Positions 34,619 through 52,832 of a stretch of DNA of 64,000 nucleotides are shown here, one piece after another. Location: positions 3,286,001 to 3,350,000 of the forward strand of contig NC_135670.1 of the NCBI RefSeq assembly GCF_964188315.1. Reading direction: 5' to 3'. Source of the DNA: Podarcis muralis (taxonomy: Eukaryota). A program made the translations under genes and the position numbers. Positions within the stretch are counted from its first letter, which is position 1. Each line of letters starts with the position of its first letter. The notes under the pieces are model-generated. The model worked only from the letters and a program-made list of their open reading frames with translations. It did not search any database and had not been told where the DNA came from.

Positions 34619-37159
34619 CTTTCATCTCTAGCCAGCACCCTGAAGCCAAAATCTGCTTTGGCCACATCACTGTCCCTTAAATCTCTGAAATGCCTTCCCC
34701 CTCCACTCCTGAATCCTGCACAAGCCCCTTTATCATTCCACTCGTCTCTCCAGAAAAATCCCCACCTACAGTATAACCATTTATCCTCCAGCTCTATCAC
34801 TCTGAAATGTCTGAAGTTCTTCTGCTCGCTCAAATGGCATTTTTGTTCTTCTCTTAGTCCTTCTGAAGCCTGGAAGTGTTTCCCATCATGCCACCTCTCT
34901 TACTTCCTTTAAATTCTATCCTTTCCATTCCCTCATCTGTACTATACATTTAAAGCAGTATCATACCATTTTAAACAGTCATTGATTCTTTCAAAGAGTC
35001 CAGTGAAATGTTCGCCTCACAGAGCTACAATTTCCAGAGTGGTTTAAATATCAATCCCTCTTTCCAGGCCAGGGAACTCTAAGAATCTCTGTGAGGTGTA
35101 TGGCAGGACGGGGAGTCTCCTAACAATTCTCAGCACCCTTAATTAACTACAGTTCTAAGGATATTTTGGGTGAAGCTATGACTGTCTAAAGTGGTATGAT
35201 ACTGCTATAAATGTATAGTGCAGTGTTAGAAACTGAGATAAGAAAGCTAGGAGCTAAATGGCACCCTAAATCTAGGTTATGGGTGCAACAAGGGAAGGTC
35301 TAGGCATGTTTTTTTTAAATAACGAGAATACAAAGCTGGAAATGAACTGCAGCTAAAATATTATGTTCATTTTTCACATGGTCTAGTCCTTCCCCTGCCC
35401 ACACCCCTAATATTCTTAAGAGGGTCTCATCTCCAGTCTTCAGAAAGCGGCTGGAAGTGGGGAGGAAAAGGTCTTCCTTCCCTTCCACTCTGCCGTTTTA
35501 ATATGAAATCTTAGGCACAGTACTGCGTCCAGAGCTCAGAAACTGCTCACGCTAATGAAATTCCCTGTCGCAAAATGCGTCTATAACAAAGGGAGTTTTG
35601 AACACTGGTATAGTGCGGACCTTTGCCAACAAAGGTCCGTCTAGTTCAAGCTCTGGTTTTCCCAGTAGTGATGTATGGAAGTGAGAGCTGGACCATAAGG
35701 AAGGCTGGTCGCCGAAGAATGGATGCTTTTGAATTCTGGTGCTGGAGGAGAGTCTGGAGAGTCCCATGGACTGCAAGAAGATCCAACCTCTCCATTCTGA
35801 AGGAAACCAGCCCTGAGTGCTCACTGGAAGGACAGATCCTGAAGCTGAGGCTCCAATACTTTGGCCATCTCATGAGAAGAGAAGACTCCCTGGAAAAGAC
35901 CCTGATGTGGGGAAAGATGGAGGGCACAAGGAGAAGGGGACGACAGAGGATGAGATGGTGGGACAGTGTTCTCGAAGCTAGCAGCATGAGTTTGACCAAA
36001 CTGCAGGAGGCAGTGGAAGACAGGAGTGACTGGCGTGCTCTGGTCCAGGGGGTCACGAAGAGTCGGACACGACTAAACAACAACAACAACATAGTGCGGA
36101 TGGGGGCAGCACATAGTACCAAACCTAGGTACATATATGTCACCTCTTGTTCCCTTGTTCAAACCTGCCTCCATTTCCCTTCATCTGTTTTCTCATGTTG
36201 AATTACAGACTGTAAGCTCCCTGCGGTAGGGACCTATTCTCTAATTATTTGCAAAGTGGAAATCACAAAAAACCTACCATTTCACCAGCTGACTGGAGCC
36301 AGGGCAGTTTTTATCTTCCCGCAGTATTTTCACACAGAGGTCTTAAAATACAATCAAAATACATTTGATCAATCTTAACTACAACATTGATAACGCTATT
36401 ACTGACAACTTTTTCTGTTCTTTACACAAGCACAGAATGGAAAGGGAGAATCACTCAACAGCAGTTTGCAACAATAACTCTGCACTTTCAAATAATTATT
36501 TGATTACATGTTTTTGCATATTTTAAGGATGGTCCTATATTGATTGCATGGTTTTATTGTATTTTGAGATTGCACCCTGCTTTGGGATCATATTCTGCTG
36601 GAAAGCAGGTTACAAATGTTTATAAGTAAATACATAATAATAGCTTAAAGCTCAGGTACTTTTTCTGGCGTATCACTATGTAGTAACTTCTGAAGATCAC
36701 AGTCTGGTGTGTTTATCAGCTACACTAAAGAGAAAGTTTGCTCTTTTTGGAAAAGCCATTACCATCAATATATCTTGTTCCATATGCACTTTCTGGAAAT
36801 ATCCCTCTTAGGTAGGTAATGCAGGATACAGCTATTGCCAGCAGTCTTTTCACTAATACTAGAGATTGCTGCTCAGTTGATATTTTGTTGGGAAATATTA
36901 TTGCACTCTAAAAGGTAAAGAAGAAAGAATTAAGAAGAGCATGGATTCAGAATAGCTCTACACATTCTTTGGTCAATAAATACCATATGCAAGTGCCTAA
37001 CTCACTGCAACCTTCTGTGCATCATACTGAGTTGATCTAAACACAATGGTTACCATAAACATATAATTACTGTTAAAAAACTTATTAAAGGGTAAGAGAA
37101 ATTAAATTTTTGAAATGGAACTATACCAGATAGGTTCTTTGCTTCTGAGCAGTTGCCAT
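25270..37159 (-). CDS. HORMAD1: HORMA domain-containing protein 1, complement(join(25270..25350,28173..28262,29724..29807,30083..30159,30968..31034,31194..31423,31531..31682,32358..32425,34055..34081,34193..34213,34348..34384,36278..36341,36763..36907,37127..37159)); 1176 nt, 391 aa
   Basis: Translation [11 protein letters not shown]|[48 protein letters not shown]|[22 protein letters not shown]|[12 protein letters not shown]|LRLIVLA|VYTNQDDPQ|[12 protein letters not shown]...|...[22 protein letters not shown]|[12 protein letters not shown]...|...[16 protein letters not shown]. All junctions GT-AG and in phase. Confidence 0.95.
25683..25960. mobile_element. LTR-like fragment in HORMAD1 last intron
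   Basis: Begins TGTCACG; GC-rich low-complexity body similar in style to 47487-47980; no TSD found. Confidence 0.35.
26020..26234. mobile_element. Tc1/mariner (Tigger-like) MITE, 215 bp
   Basis: TIR CAGTG(G/C)TACCTC, TA on both flanks, internal cttcaggtta repeats. Confidence 0.85.
26608..26963 (-). mobile_element. Sauria SINE, near full length
   Basis: ACCTTT tail (aaaggtaaagg on +), tRNA-like head; 12-bp TSD caaatgt(g/a)tata (26596-26607, 26964-26975). Confidence 0.9.
28173..28262 (-). CDS. HORMAD1: HORMAD1 coding exon 13 (90 nt)
   Basis: Branch-like gctaac plus tcttctgtctctgtcaAG|GGT GAC...AAG CCA|GTAAGT; ...[14 protein letters not shown]. Confidence 0.8.
29724..29807 (-). CDS. HORMAD1: HORMAD1 coding exon 12 (84 nt)
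   Basis: ttctAG|GTG GAA CAT...AAC ACT|GTTAGT; [28 protein letters not shown]. Confidence 0.9.
30083..30159 (-). CDS. HORMAD1: HORMAD1 coding exon 11 (77 nt)
   Basis: tcccAG|AA CTT AAT TTA GTG TGT GAA GAA GAT GAA...TCT CAG|GTATAA; LVCEEDE motif. Confidence 0.9.
30968..31034 (-). CDS. HORMAD1: HORMAD1 coding exon 10 (67 nt)
   Basis: ctttacacAG|GAA GAT TTT...AAA G|GTACAC. Low sequence conservation, but the 0/1 phases bridge the flanking exons. Confidence 0.8.
31194..31423 (-). CDS. HORMAD1: HORMAD1 coding exon 9 (230 nt)
   Basis: ttttAG|TT ACA CCT CCT GAT...ATG GAT|GTAAGG; [13 protein letters not shown]...[11 protein letters not shown]. Confidence 0.93.
31531..31682 (-). CDS. HORMAD1: HORMAD1 coding exon 8 (152 nt)
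   Basis: ttctAG|T AAA AAC...GAA G|GTACCA; [36 protein letters not shown]. Confidence 0.95.
32358..32425 (-). CDS. HORMAD1: HORMAD1 coding exon 7 (68 nt)
   Basis: tttAG|ACT GTT ACA GAG TGC...ACA AG|GTATTC; [22 protein letters not shown]. Confidence 0.93.
34055..34081 (-). CDS. HORMAD1: HORMAD1 coding exon 6 (27-nt microexon)
   Basis: tacAG|GTC TAC ACC AAC CAG GAT GAT CCT CAG|GTAAGT; VYTNQDDPQ. Confidence 0.92.
34193..34213 (-). CDS. HORMAD1: HORMAD1 coding exon 5 (21-nt microexon)
   Basis: atAG|CTC AGA TTA ATC GTC TTA GCG|GTAAGT; LRLIVLA. Confidence 0.9.
34348..34384 (-). CDS. HORMAD1: HORMAD1 coding exon 4 (37 nt)
   Basis: tacAG|G ATG CTG GGA...TAT|GTAAGT; [12 protein letters not shown]. 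Confidence 0.93.
34938..35222. mobile_element. MITE with ~30-bp terminal inverted repeats
   Basis: tgtactatacatttaaagcagtatcatacca ... tggtatgatactgctataaatgtatagtgca; partial relatives near 18960-19130 and 57540-57610. Confidence 0.7.
35620..36090 (+). mobile_element. BovB (RTE) LINE 3' fragment, 471 bp
   Basis: Open frame ...[16 protein letters not shown]...FEFWCWRR...[19 protein letters not shown]...VTKSRTRL; (AAC)n tail; perfect 10-bp TSD atagtgcgga (35610-35619, 36091-36100). Confidence 0.93.
36278..36341 (-). CDS. HORMAD1: HORMAD1 coding exon 3 (64 nt)
   Basis: tttaAG|AC CTC TGT GTG...AAA TG|GTAGGT. Confidence 0.95.
36763..36907 (-). CDS. HORMAD1: HORMAD1 coding exon 2 (145 nt)
   Basis: tttAG|AGT GCA ATA...GAT G|GTAATG. 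Confidence 0.95.
37127..37159 (-). CDS. HORMAD1: HORMAD1 first coding exon (33 nt coding; exon starts 37182)
   Basis: ATG GCA ACT GCT CAG AAG CAA AGA ACC TAT CTG|GTATAG. Confidence 0.9.
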
Positions 37160-38066
37160 ATTTCCTGTTCTTTCTCAGTCACCTATTGATAAAAAATGTT
37201 GTGTTAGTATATACAGTGTTTTGGTGAGAAATTCCAGTTTCTAAATTTAACATACGACATATCATGTGAAAAGATTTGTTGCTCCTGGGAGCAGACTCTC
37301 TTTTTATAAAATGCCCCACTTGGTTTAAAATGAACACATTATTTATTTAATATGTACCGTATTTATTTATTTGTTATTAAAATGCTTTATGTTGCCTCTA
37401 ATATCACAGATGGAGAGTTTTAGACTATATTTTATTGGTTGCATTTTTTTTCCAGCCGGGACCATACCTCTTCTGTCCTGCCCTGCCCGCTCCTTGAGGG
37501 TACTAACAAGCTCTCGACTCTAACCAGCTCAACGGACTCCATTGAAATTAATGACCATGGCTAGCTTCAATGTATTCCTTTCCGTCTACTCTGAGTAGAA
37601 CTGAGTTGGATACAACCCAGAGTGCTCTTGGCCTGGCTGAAATGTGTTTTTGACCTGTGATGACCGTGCATGTCTCTTCCTTGCCTGGGTGAACGATAAA
37701 ATCACCGAGGCTTTTCATTTAACAATTCAGCAGTATATACATTTTATGAAATAAATACAAATAGAGAAGGGACCCCGAGGGTCATCCAGTCCAACCCCCA
37801 GCAATGCAGGAATCTCAGCTAAAGCCTCCAGGACAGACGGCCACCCAACCTCTGCTTTAAAACCTCCAAGGAAGGAGAAATGTGTGGGTCTGCGCAGGAA
37901 CACTCTTGTCTTTTTGTGTGTGCAGAAACTGCCCTACTGCTCAAAGGCAAGAGTCAGATCCGCTGCAAGTTTGCCTCTGGCCCACCCACCCGCCATTGGC
38001 AGAGGCAAAGCTAGGCTTTATTTCACCCGGGTCAAAGTTTGGCACACACAACCCACACATTTACAT

Positions 38067-38159
38067 CATAGCTGTCAACTCTTCCCTTTTCTTGCGAGGA
38101 ATCCTATTCGGAAGAAGTGAATTTCCCTTTAAAAAAGGGAAACGTTGACAACAGCTATG
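38067..38159. mobile_element. hAT MITE (CATAGCTGTCAAC family), 93 bp
   Basis: TIRs plus TSD atttac(a/g)t (38059-38066, 38160-38167). Confidence 0.75.
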
Positions 38160-38244
38160 ATTTACGTGCACATGCACACAGGCTGGGGGCCTCATTGGTG
38201 CCCTTCTGGAAGCTGCACCCAGGACAAAAAAACCCAGCTAGAAC

Positions 38245-38470
38245 CATAGCTGTCAACCTTTGGATTTGAAAATAAGGGATCAGCAGCCTCGAAAATAAGG
38301 GATCAGCAGCCTCGAAAATAAGGGATCAGCAGCCTCGAAAATAAGGGATCAGCAGCCTCACCTGTCCAGGGGACAGTCTATGGGATATCTAACAATCCGG
38401 GATAGCAGCGGGAAGCAGCGCTGGAATAAGGGAATTTCCCGCAAAAAAAAATGGAAGGTTGACAGCTATG
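38245..38470. mobile_element. hAT MITE (CATAGCTGTCAAC family), 226 bp, with internal 4 x 23-bp tandem repeat (38268-38359)
   Basis: TIRs, TSD gctagaa(c/t); unit gaaaataagggatcagcagcctc. Confidence 0.85.
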
Positions 38471-38559
38471 GCTAGAATCCCCACCCCCACCCCCCGTAGC
38501 TACCTGGAAAAAGGAACATGGCTCCTTTTTTCCATCTGGGCATTCTTATTATCTCTTAC

Positions 38560-39103
38560 GAAATTAAAAGACGCCTGCTTCTTGGGAGAAGGGCAATGAC
38601 AGGCCTAGACAGCATCTTGAGAAATAGAGACATCCCCTTGCCAACAAAGGTCCGTATAGTTAAAGCTCTGGTTTTTCCAGTAGTGATGTATGGAAGTGAG
38701 AGCTGGACCATAAAGAAGGCTGATCGCTGAAGAATTGATGCTTTTGAATTATGGTGCTGGAGGAGACTGGAGAGTCCCATGGACTGCAAGAAGATCCAAC
38801 CTCTCCATTCTGAAGGAAATCAGCCCTGAGTGCTCACTGGAAGGACAGATCCTGAAGCTGATTCTCCAAGACTTTGGCCACCTCAGGAGAAGAGAAGACT
38901 CCCTGGAAAAGACTCTGATGTTGGGAAAGATGGAGGGCACAAGGAGAAGGGGAGGACAGAGGACGAGATGGTGGGACAGTGTTCTCAAAGCAACCAGCAT
39001 GAGTTTGACCAAACTGTGGGAGGCAGTGGAAGACAGGAGGGCCTGGCGTGCTCTGGTCCAGGGGGTCACGAAGAGGCGGACACGACTAAACAACAACAAC
39101 AAA
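38560..39103 (+). mobile_element. BovB (RTE) LINE 3' fragment, 544 bp
   Basis: Same BovB ORF end with one stop/frameshift; (AAC)n tail; perfect 12-bp TSD attatctcttac (38548-38559, 39104-39115). Confidence 0.93.
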
Positions 39104-39934
39104 ATTATCTCTTACACCAGGAATGTGGAACCTTTGCTCCCTGCCATGGGCATAGCCAGGATTTATGTTGGGTGGGGAGAGAACAAAGCTCTTTGTGCTG
39201 CAATTGTTCAGTTAGTTTAGGGTTTTGAAATTTATTTACTTGATTTAGTGTGGGGAGCAGCTGCGCCCCACCCCCGCCCCAGATGTTGATGGACTACAAC
39301 TCCCATCATCCCTAGCAAGCATGGCCAAAGACGAGGGGTGATGGGAGTTGTAGTCCAGCAAATATCGAGCGAGCCAAAGTTTTCCCGATTGAAATTGTCC
39401 CCTCGTCCCTCCCAGCTATTTACTCCACTGAGGGAGGAAAAACAACACTGAAGCTTGGGAGGGACGAGGGGAGCAAATTAGATCTGTAAGAAAAGTATAG
39501 GATGAGGGAAGGCTCGCATATTATCTACCAACCTCTGGGCATTAAGAGCCCAGCTGCAAATGTCAGCTGGGAAGTTGGCAGCAGCAGCCCTGAGGTTTAC
39601 GATCGAGATGGAGTGTAATATATAAAATGGGGGGAAGTTCAGGTGGAGAAGCACTCCTGAGAGACCACGTCTGACTTGAGGCGATTCAAAACAGCCAAGC
39701 CATGTAGCGCACAATGGGGCTTTTTTGCTTTGAGGGTCGGGGCGATTTAGGACGGCCGTGCTTATAATAATAATAATAATAGTAATTTTTATTTATACCC
39801 CGCCCTCCCCAGCAAGGCCGGGCTCAGGGCGGCTAACAAGCAGTAAGAAAAACAAGTTATCAGCAGACGACCTCTCATTACATTAAATAAAATTAATTCG
39901 GGGATATTAATTTCTTTAAAACAGACGCCCTTAC

Positions 39935-40220
39935 ATCATATATACAGACTGTAGTATTTTATTTTTAACTATTTCAGGGTGATTCCCACACGCTTTTCAA
40001 AATCCTTTTTCCTCTCAGCAAAGAGCAGGGGTTTTTAGGCTCCTCGCGCCTCCCCCGCTTTCCCGCCTTTTTTCGCTCCTCCGACGCCGACGGTTTAACG
40101 GACGGCCGCCCTTCCCGCTCCGCCGCCTGAACTTTCCCGCCTTTTTTACACCTCAGGCGACCCAACTCAGTCGCTCAGGGCGAAACCTATTCAGACTGAA
40201 GGGTCGAGCGAGTACACTGT
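39935..40220 (-). promoter_or_regulatory. HORMAD1: CpG-rich HORMAD1 promoter and candidate non-coding exon 1
   Basis: CpG cluster with TTTCCCGCC x2 (40059-40067, 40133-40141), CTTCCCGCT (40111-40119), TAACGG (40096-40101), CHR-like TTTGAA on minus (~39993-39998); possible donor GAT|GTAAGG at 39935/39934. Confidence 0.65.
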
Positions 40221-43200
40221 AAACAATAATAATACTTTCCTTCCCTAGTTGACATTTTATTCACCCTCCCCGCAGAGTTACTTAATAAAGCCACATTTCT
40301 GTTTTTTCCACCAAGATAGTCCCCATCTTATGGTAACTTTTAACGCTATCAGAAGCAAATCGCCACCAATCACTATTGTAATCTGGTGGTTTTTACCTTA
40401 CCATAGATCTTAACTATTTTTGGAAGGTTTTAAATAGGTTTTTTTTAAAAAACAAAAAACCTGAAACTTTCATTGTCTTATTCTTCTAAACTGCTCTCAG
40501 GTTCATTCGTTTTTTACAATCAAGCGACATAAATCTCATAAAATCAAAAAAATAATTGTTAGTGGGTTCCATTCAATGCTAATTCTTTTCAGGCCCATTG
40601 AAGTTAATAGACCTAACTTGCTTCCATCAATTTCAATGGCTCTACTCTGAGTAGAACTTTAGCTGGCTACAACCCCTTATTGTTTTAAAATAGTTCCTTA
40701 ACAGAAGTGGGGTGTTAAGTATAAAATGGCATTGTTCTTGGAAACCATGTCTTACTTAAAAGAAATATCACCTTTTTCTCCCCACCCTCAGCTCTGTGCC
40801 TTTCTATCATTGTCTGGCAGGCAGAAATTCTCCGGGTGAAGCTTCCCCCAACCAGTTAACATCTTCATGACAGGAAAAGCGGACCCTGTTTTAATTTCAT
40901 GCCAGGCATGGTTTTAAAAGCACATAAGAATATTTTTTCGCTGAAGAGGCGCTGCAGCCCCCTCTTAGACAAGGGAAAATACACATTTAAGGACATAATA
41001 TGTGTACAGTTTATGCCCACATACTCAGAGGGACTGCCCTCAACCTCCTTCATGGCCAATAAGTTTGCAAACTGGCCAGCAAAAAATATACTGTATATGC
41101 AGCATCTTCTCCATCTTTAACAGAAATCAGAATGTGACATTTTTCATGGCATGGAATTCAAATTATTTTTGCCCTAGCTACAGATCAGATTGCTGCTCAA
41201 GACAACCCTACCCTAGGTCTGATATAAATATAGATATAGATATAGACAGCAATTATTTTATAAAGTCAAGAGTAGTTGAATAGGAGATGGGCTGTGCTGA
41301 CTGAGTACCCTATAAGGCCTTCCTTGTATCTGTGTGTCCAAGTTGGCCAGTTTCCCACTGGTGAATGGAAAAAGCACTCTGCGCATCCTCAGAGAACATT
41401 TCCTCAATTACCTTCTTACCTCCCCTGCTAAACTGACATTGAAAACAGGGCAAAGTCAAGTACGGCTCTTTCACGCCACACCTTCTGCAAAGAAACTCTT
41501 TTCACACATATTTTTGAAGGAACAGGGTTAATGTCTAAACCAGAGGGGTATAAAAGGGTGTTAGGGTATTTTTGTGTGTAGAGAGATACATGGTAGATGT
41601 GAGGAGGGAAATTTATCCAATAACTGTTCCTCAGAGATACTGAATGAAGAGGAGAGTGCTCAGTTTTCTTTACTGTGAGGCATTAGAGCTCAAAGTTGTT
41701 TAAAAGTTAGTTTAACCTGGAATCCCATGTGTCCAGAGTGGTTGTGATTATTCAGTGGTGTTCAAATGTACTTTTATTATTCCTTAACACTGCACAATGG
41801 CCCAAATCTGGGAATTCAAAATGTGGCCTGGCAAATGTGTCGTATGTTCAGAATGAAGTGAAGGCATTAGCTGGCAATAGCTATATACGTCCTTGGAAAA
41901 CATAGCTTGACCTTTGCAGTGCACACACATTCCTTAAAAATTCCAGGCAGTAACAGCCCATGATATTTTGCAGCCTGATCCATACCAAATCAAGGTGCAT
42001 GATCCCAAAAGCCGACCAAGATATTCTGGCACCTGGGGCAGAAAATCCCACAAGAATAATAGAATTGTAGAGTAGGAAGGGACCACAAGGGTCATCTAGT
42101 CCAATCCCCTGCAATGCAGGATAATAAACAACAATTTGTTGTCCTTTCATAACACTTTGAGTCAATTTACCCAATGGTAGAGCCGTCCCTGATTCCAGGT
42201 TGCAAAAATTTTCTTTCATGAATGTTATGTACTGAGTTGAATAGGATCCAAAAGGCAGCAGTCTGATTGGTCCTAGAACAATGTGTGGCCCTTCAAGTCT
42301 CTCTATCTGGCCCTCAGAACTTTCCCCAGGCCACATACACTCACTGGCCCTGTTTTTGCACCTTGGGTGTTTTTGATTCTGGAAATGTGTCTTTGAACAG
42401 CAATAATGCCTCTTCCTTACCTGGATGGAGGATAGAGAGGTGTTAAGTGTAGACACTATTAAGTCTATTGTGCAAAAGTAATATTTACATGTGCTGTCCC
42501 ACCCACTTTTGCCTCTGCTCATGTTCACTACTTGGAGTTTAAGACGCTGAGATTCCCTTCCTCTGCCTAATCCAGGCATGTCCAAAGTCCATTTCGGGGA
42601 TGTAATCCGTCCTGCCGGTCGATTTAATCCGGCCCCTGTGGCACACTTCAATCCCAAAAAACAACTTTGGGGTAAACGTCATCAAATCTGGCACACTGAA
42701 AAAAGTTTGGACACCCCTGAAATCTTTCCTGCCTTTTTCCTCCACTCACTCACCAGATTGAAAGGTTGTTTGCATGCAACTAAAATAATCATCACCACCA
42801 CCACCCTTTCCTGCTGAGTTCACACTCTCCAGAATTATGTAATAAATCCACATTTCTGCCTTTTCCACCAAGATACAGTAGTTCCAACTAAAGTGGCTTT
42901 AACCCACATCAAAAACAAATAACCATCAATTCTTAGTATTGTCTCCAGAAGTAGTCCATGACCCTTTCTCTGGGCCTCAGAACTTTTCTCAGGCCACACT
43001 CATGCAGTGGCCCTGTTTTTGCACCTTGGGTGTTTTTGCCTGGCTGCAAATGTGTCTTTGAACAGCAAAAATGCCACTTGATTATCTGGATGGAGGATGG
43101 AGAAATGTAAGTGTAGAAACTGTAGCCTACTGTGCAAAGGTAACATATACATGTGTTGCCCTGCCCACTTTTGTCTCTTGCCAATGCTCACTACTGGTAT

Positions 43201-43348
43201 ACAGTACGGCCTTTAGTGGTTATGCAGAAGGAAATGTGACCCTCGGGCTGACAAAAGGATTCCCCATCCATCATTGTAAAGTGGCTTGCTTGCCATTTCT
43301 GGAGCCACAGAAGGTTTTTGTTTGTTTCTGTGTTTACCTGACACAGCT

Positions 43349-43354
43349 TTTATT
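43349..43354 (-). terminator. Candidate CTSS polyadenylation signal AATAAA
   Basis: tttatt on +, ~340 nt past the stop codon. Confidence 0.55.
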
Positions 43355-43689
43355 CCAACATACCTTGAGGTTGTAACAGCGATACTATCCGGCAATTACA
43401 TAAAGCCTGGGCTGTTCAGAGCAGGACTACAGACATTACATTATTAACTGATTAAGCCCCACAGCGCCCAAGGGATGGTTAGCAAATACCAAGATCAACC
43501 AGGATAAATCATCATTTTGGCTGCTTGTCTCAGATCTACCAGGTGGAGCTGACAGGAAGACCTCGCCTTTGGAGACCAATCACTCTTCTTAAAACAGAGC
43601 AGTTTGATTTTTTAAAAACTCTAAAGATTAGTTGCCTAATAGGCTGTTCTTTCAGTGACGAACAATCCACTGTGGGCTGGAAATCCTCT

Positions 43690-51151
<7,462 letters not shown>

Positions 51152-51730
51152 CCTACTGAGGCAGACACAGAAAGCTGGTAAGTACAGGGTTGTTGGTGTC
51201 ATAGCGATAAGACAGGTGGCTTCCAGGGTGAGGTGAACCCTGGGTAAGCACTTGGAATCTCTCACCACTTGGAAATTGGGATGCCATTCTTATGTTCTTA
51301 ATCTGGTATTCAGCACCTGGGAGAAACATAGCCTGCAGTCTTCATTGTAAGCACAGTCTATATCCAGCCCTAATGGCTATGTGTATATTTTAGGACCCAC
51401 CCTATTCCTCAAATATTAATATGCTATAAATTGTTGTATTTTAAATTGCTGTGAGCAACCATAGGACCTTAGGGCAAAGGGCAGGTACTAAATAAAATTA
51501 ACAACAATCTCTAGCCTCCTTTTCCAACTTTCCTTTTGTTACCTACCTCACCTGAATAGTCTTCCCGTTTCCATAACATTTTGCCCAATAAAGAGTTCTG
51601 CAGTGCCTAAAAGCTGGCCACAGTTTATGGGTTGTTGTTTTTTTGTTTTGTTTTGTTTTTTTTTGGGGTTGATCCTAATAAAAGTTACCCCTATTTTACT
51701 TATTTAAAAGCATTTCTAAACCACTTAGTG

Positions 51731-51769
<39 letters not shown>

Positions 51770-51924
51770 TATCTCAGCCTTTTGGAGGGTGCCCTCCCCT
51801 CTTAATGGACCTACACTCTTTTGTAAAAGAAAAAATAAAGTTACTTCCTCAATTGCTCCGAAAGAGATCAGTAAAGGGGAGGAAAAAATTCTCTTTCTCC
51901 AAGTCTCTCCTTATAAATACCTAC

Positions 51925-52160
51925 CTGAATGTCTTTCAGCAGACTGAGGCTGGGTGTTCTCTCTTGACCTCTTCTTTAGGGTGTAAGAAACCTTCCTGTT
52001 CCAGGAGCCCCTTTCTTATGTTGTTTCTCCGGCTGAACCTTTCAACAACACTGCTCCTGCTTCACCCGCATGCTGTTGATAAAAAGGCTACTTTCGATTT
52101 CTTATGCTCAATGTCACATGGGCCTCCCCACCCCAATAAAGGAAATGCCTTGCTTTCATT
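51925..52160 (-). promoter_or_regulatory. CTSS: Candidate CTSS promoter and non-coding exon 1
   Basis: On minus: CATGTGAC M-box (52113-52120), GAAATCGAAAG ISRE-like (52091-52101), and a strong donor CAG|GTAGGT at 51925/51924. Confidence 0.55.
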
Positions 52161-52434
52161 ACAATGGTGAGCAATCTGAGCATGCAAGATGACTGTGAAT
52201 TGATTTGCTACATCTTCAGGCTCGGTAGGAGATTATGAAACAAGGAAAGTTTAGCTTGGTTCCCCACTTCACAGGATGCCGTGCATTTATCTTCTGCATC
52301 TGCATCTCTCAACACAGATTGTGCTCACACAACCAGTAACTGGGCTTCTTTCCCTCGCTGGATGTGTGTCTATATTATTAAGATTTAAACTAGTTGTGAA
52401 ACACATTGAAGGATATATGATCTGCATCAAGCCA

Positions 52435-52832
52435 GATTAGAAATTGATGAATCTGTCAATTTCAGTTCCTCTCAGTGTCTCTCCTTTTTTCCTGTACTGA
52501 ATTTAGTTCACAATTATTTGTGCATCAATTGCAATGGTGTTTTTTTAAGTCCTCCCTAATATCTGTCAGCATTTTTCTTAATACATACATTTTTAAAATA
52601 CAATTTTCCATAATACAATGCATTGTTGGTCATTTCCCACTAATATTTGAATTTGTAGGCAGATACTTTTCCTTAATGCACACAGTTTTGATTGGAGAAC
52701 TGCACTGCAAAATTTGGAGATGGGCAGATTTTGAAAGACAGGTGCATCTCAGTTTGTGTACTAAGTTTGGGAAGTGTGACCTGGGGAGCTCACCGAAAAA
52801 TGTGACCCAATCCAAATTCTTCCCCCATCCCT
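52435..52832. repeat. Unclassified AT-rich dispersed repeat (relatives at ~23060-23450, ~26340-27320, ~62690-63100)
   Basis: Shared ...gtgtatattag...aaaatgca internal units, ctgcactgcaaaat segment and cccatcccta end. Confidence 0.6.

Noticed and set aside
35623-36201. 192-aa ORF as a host gene
   Set aside because: C-terminal remnant of the BovB ORF, bounded by TSDs and lacking the RT and endonuclease domains.
38268-38359. 23-bp repeats as a CRISPR array
   Set aside because: Units are directly contiguous with no spacers, lie inside a TIR/TSD-bounded MITE, and the DNA is vertebrate.
41881-42657. 258-aa minus-strand ORF
   Set aside because: Runs through a CR1 tail and a dispersed repeat, with no recognisable domain or splice context.
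42280-43190. Two similar ~250-bp blocks as a local gene or enhancer duplication
   Set aside because: Related sequence also occurs near 2700-2900, 19340-19590/20546-20610 and 55975-56180, so it is a dispersed old repeat family.
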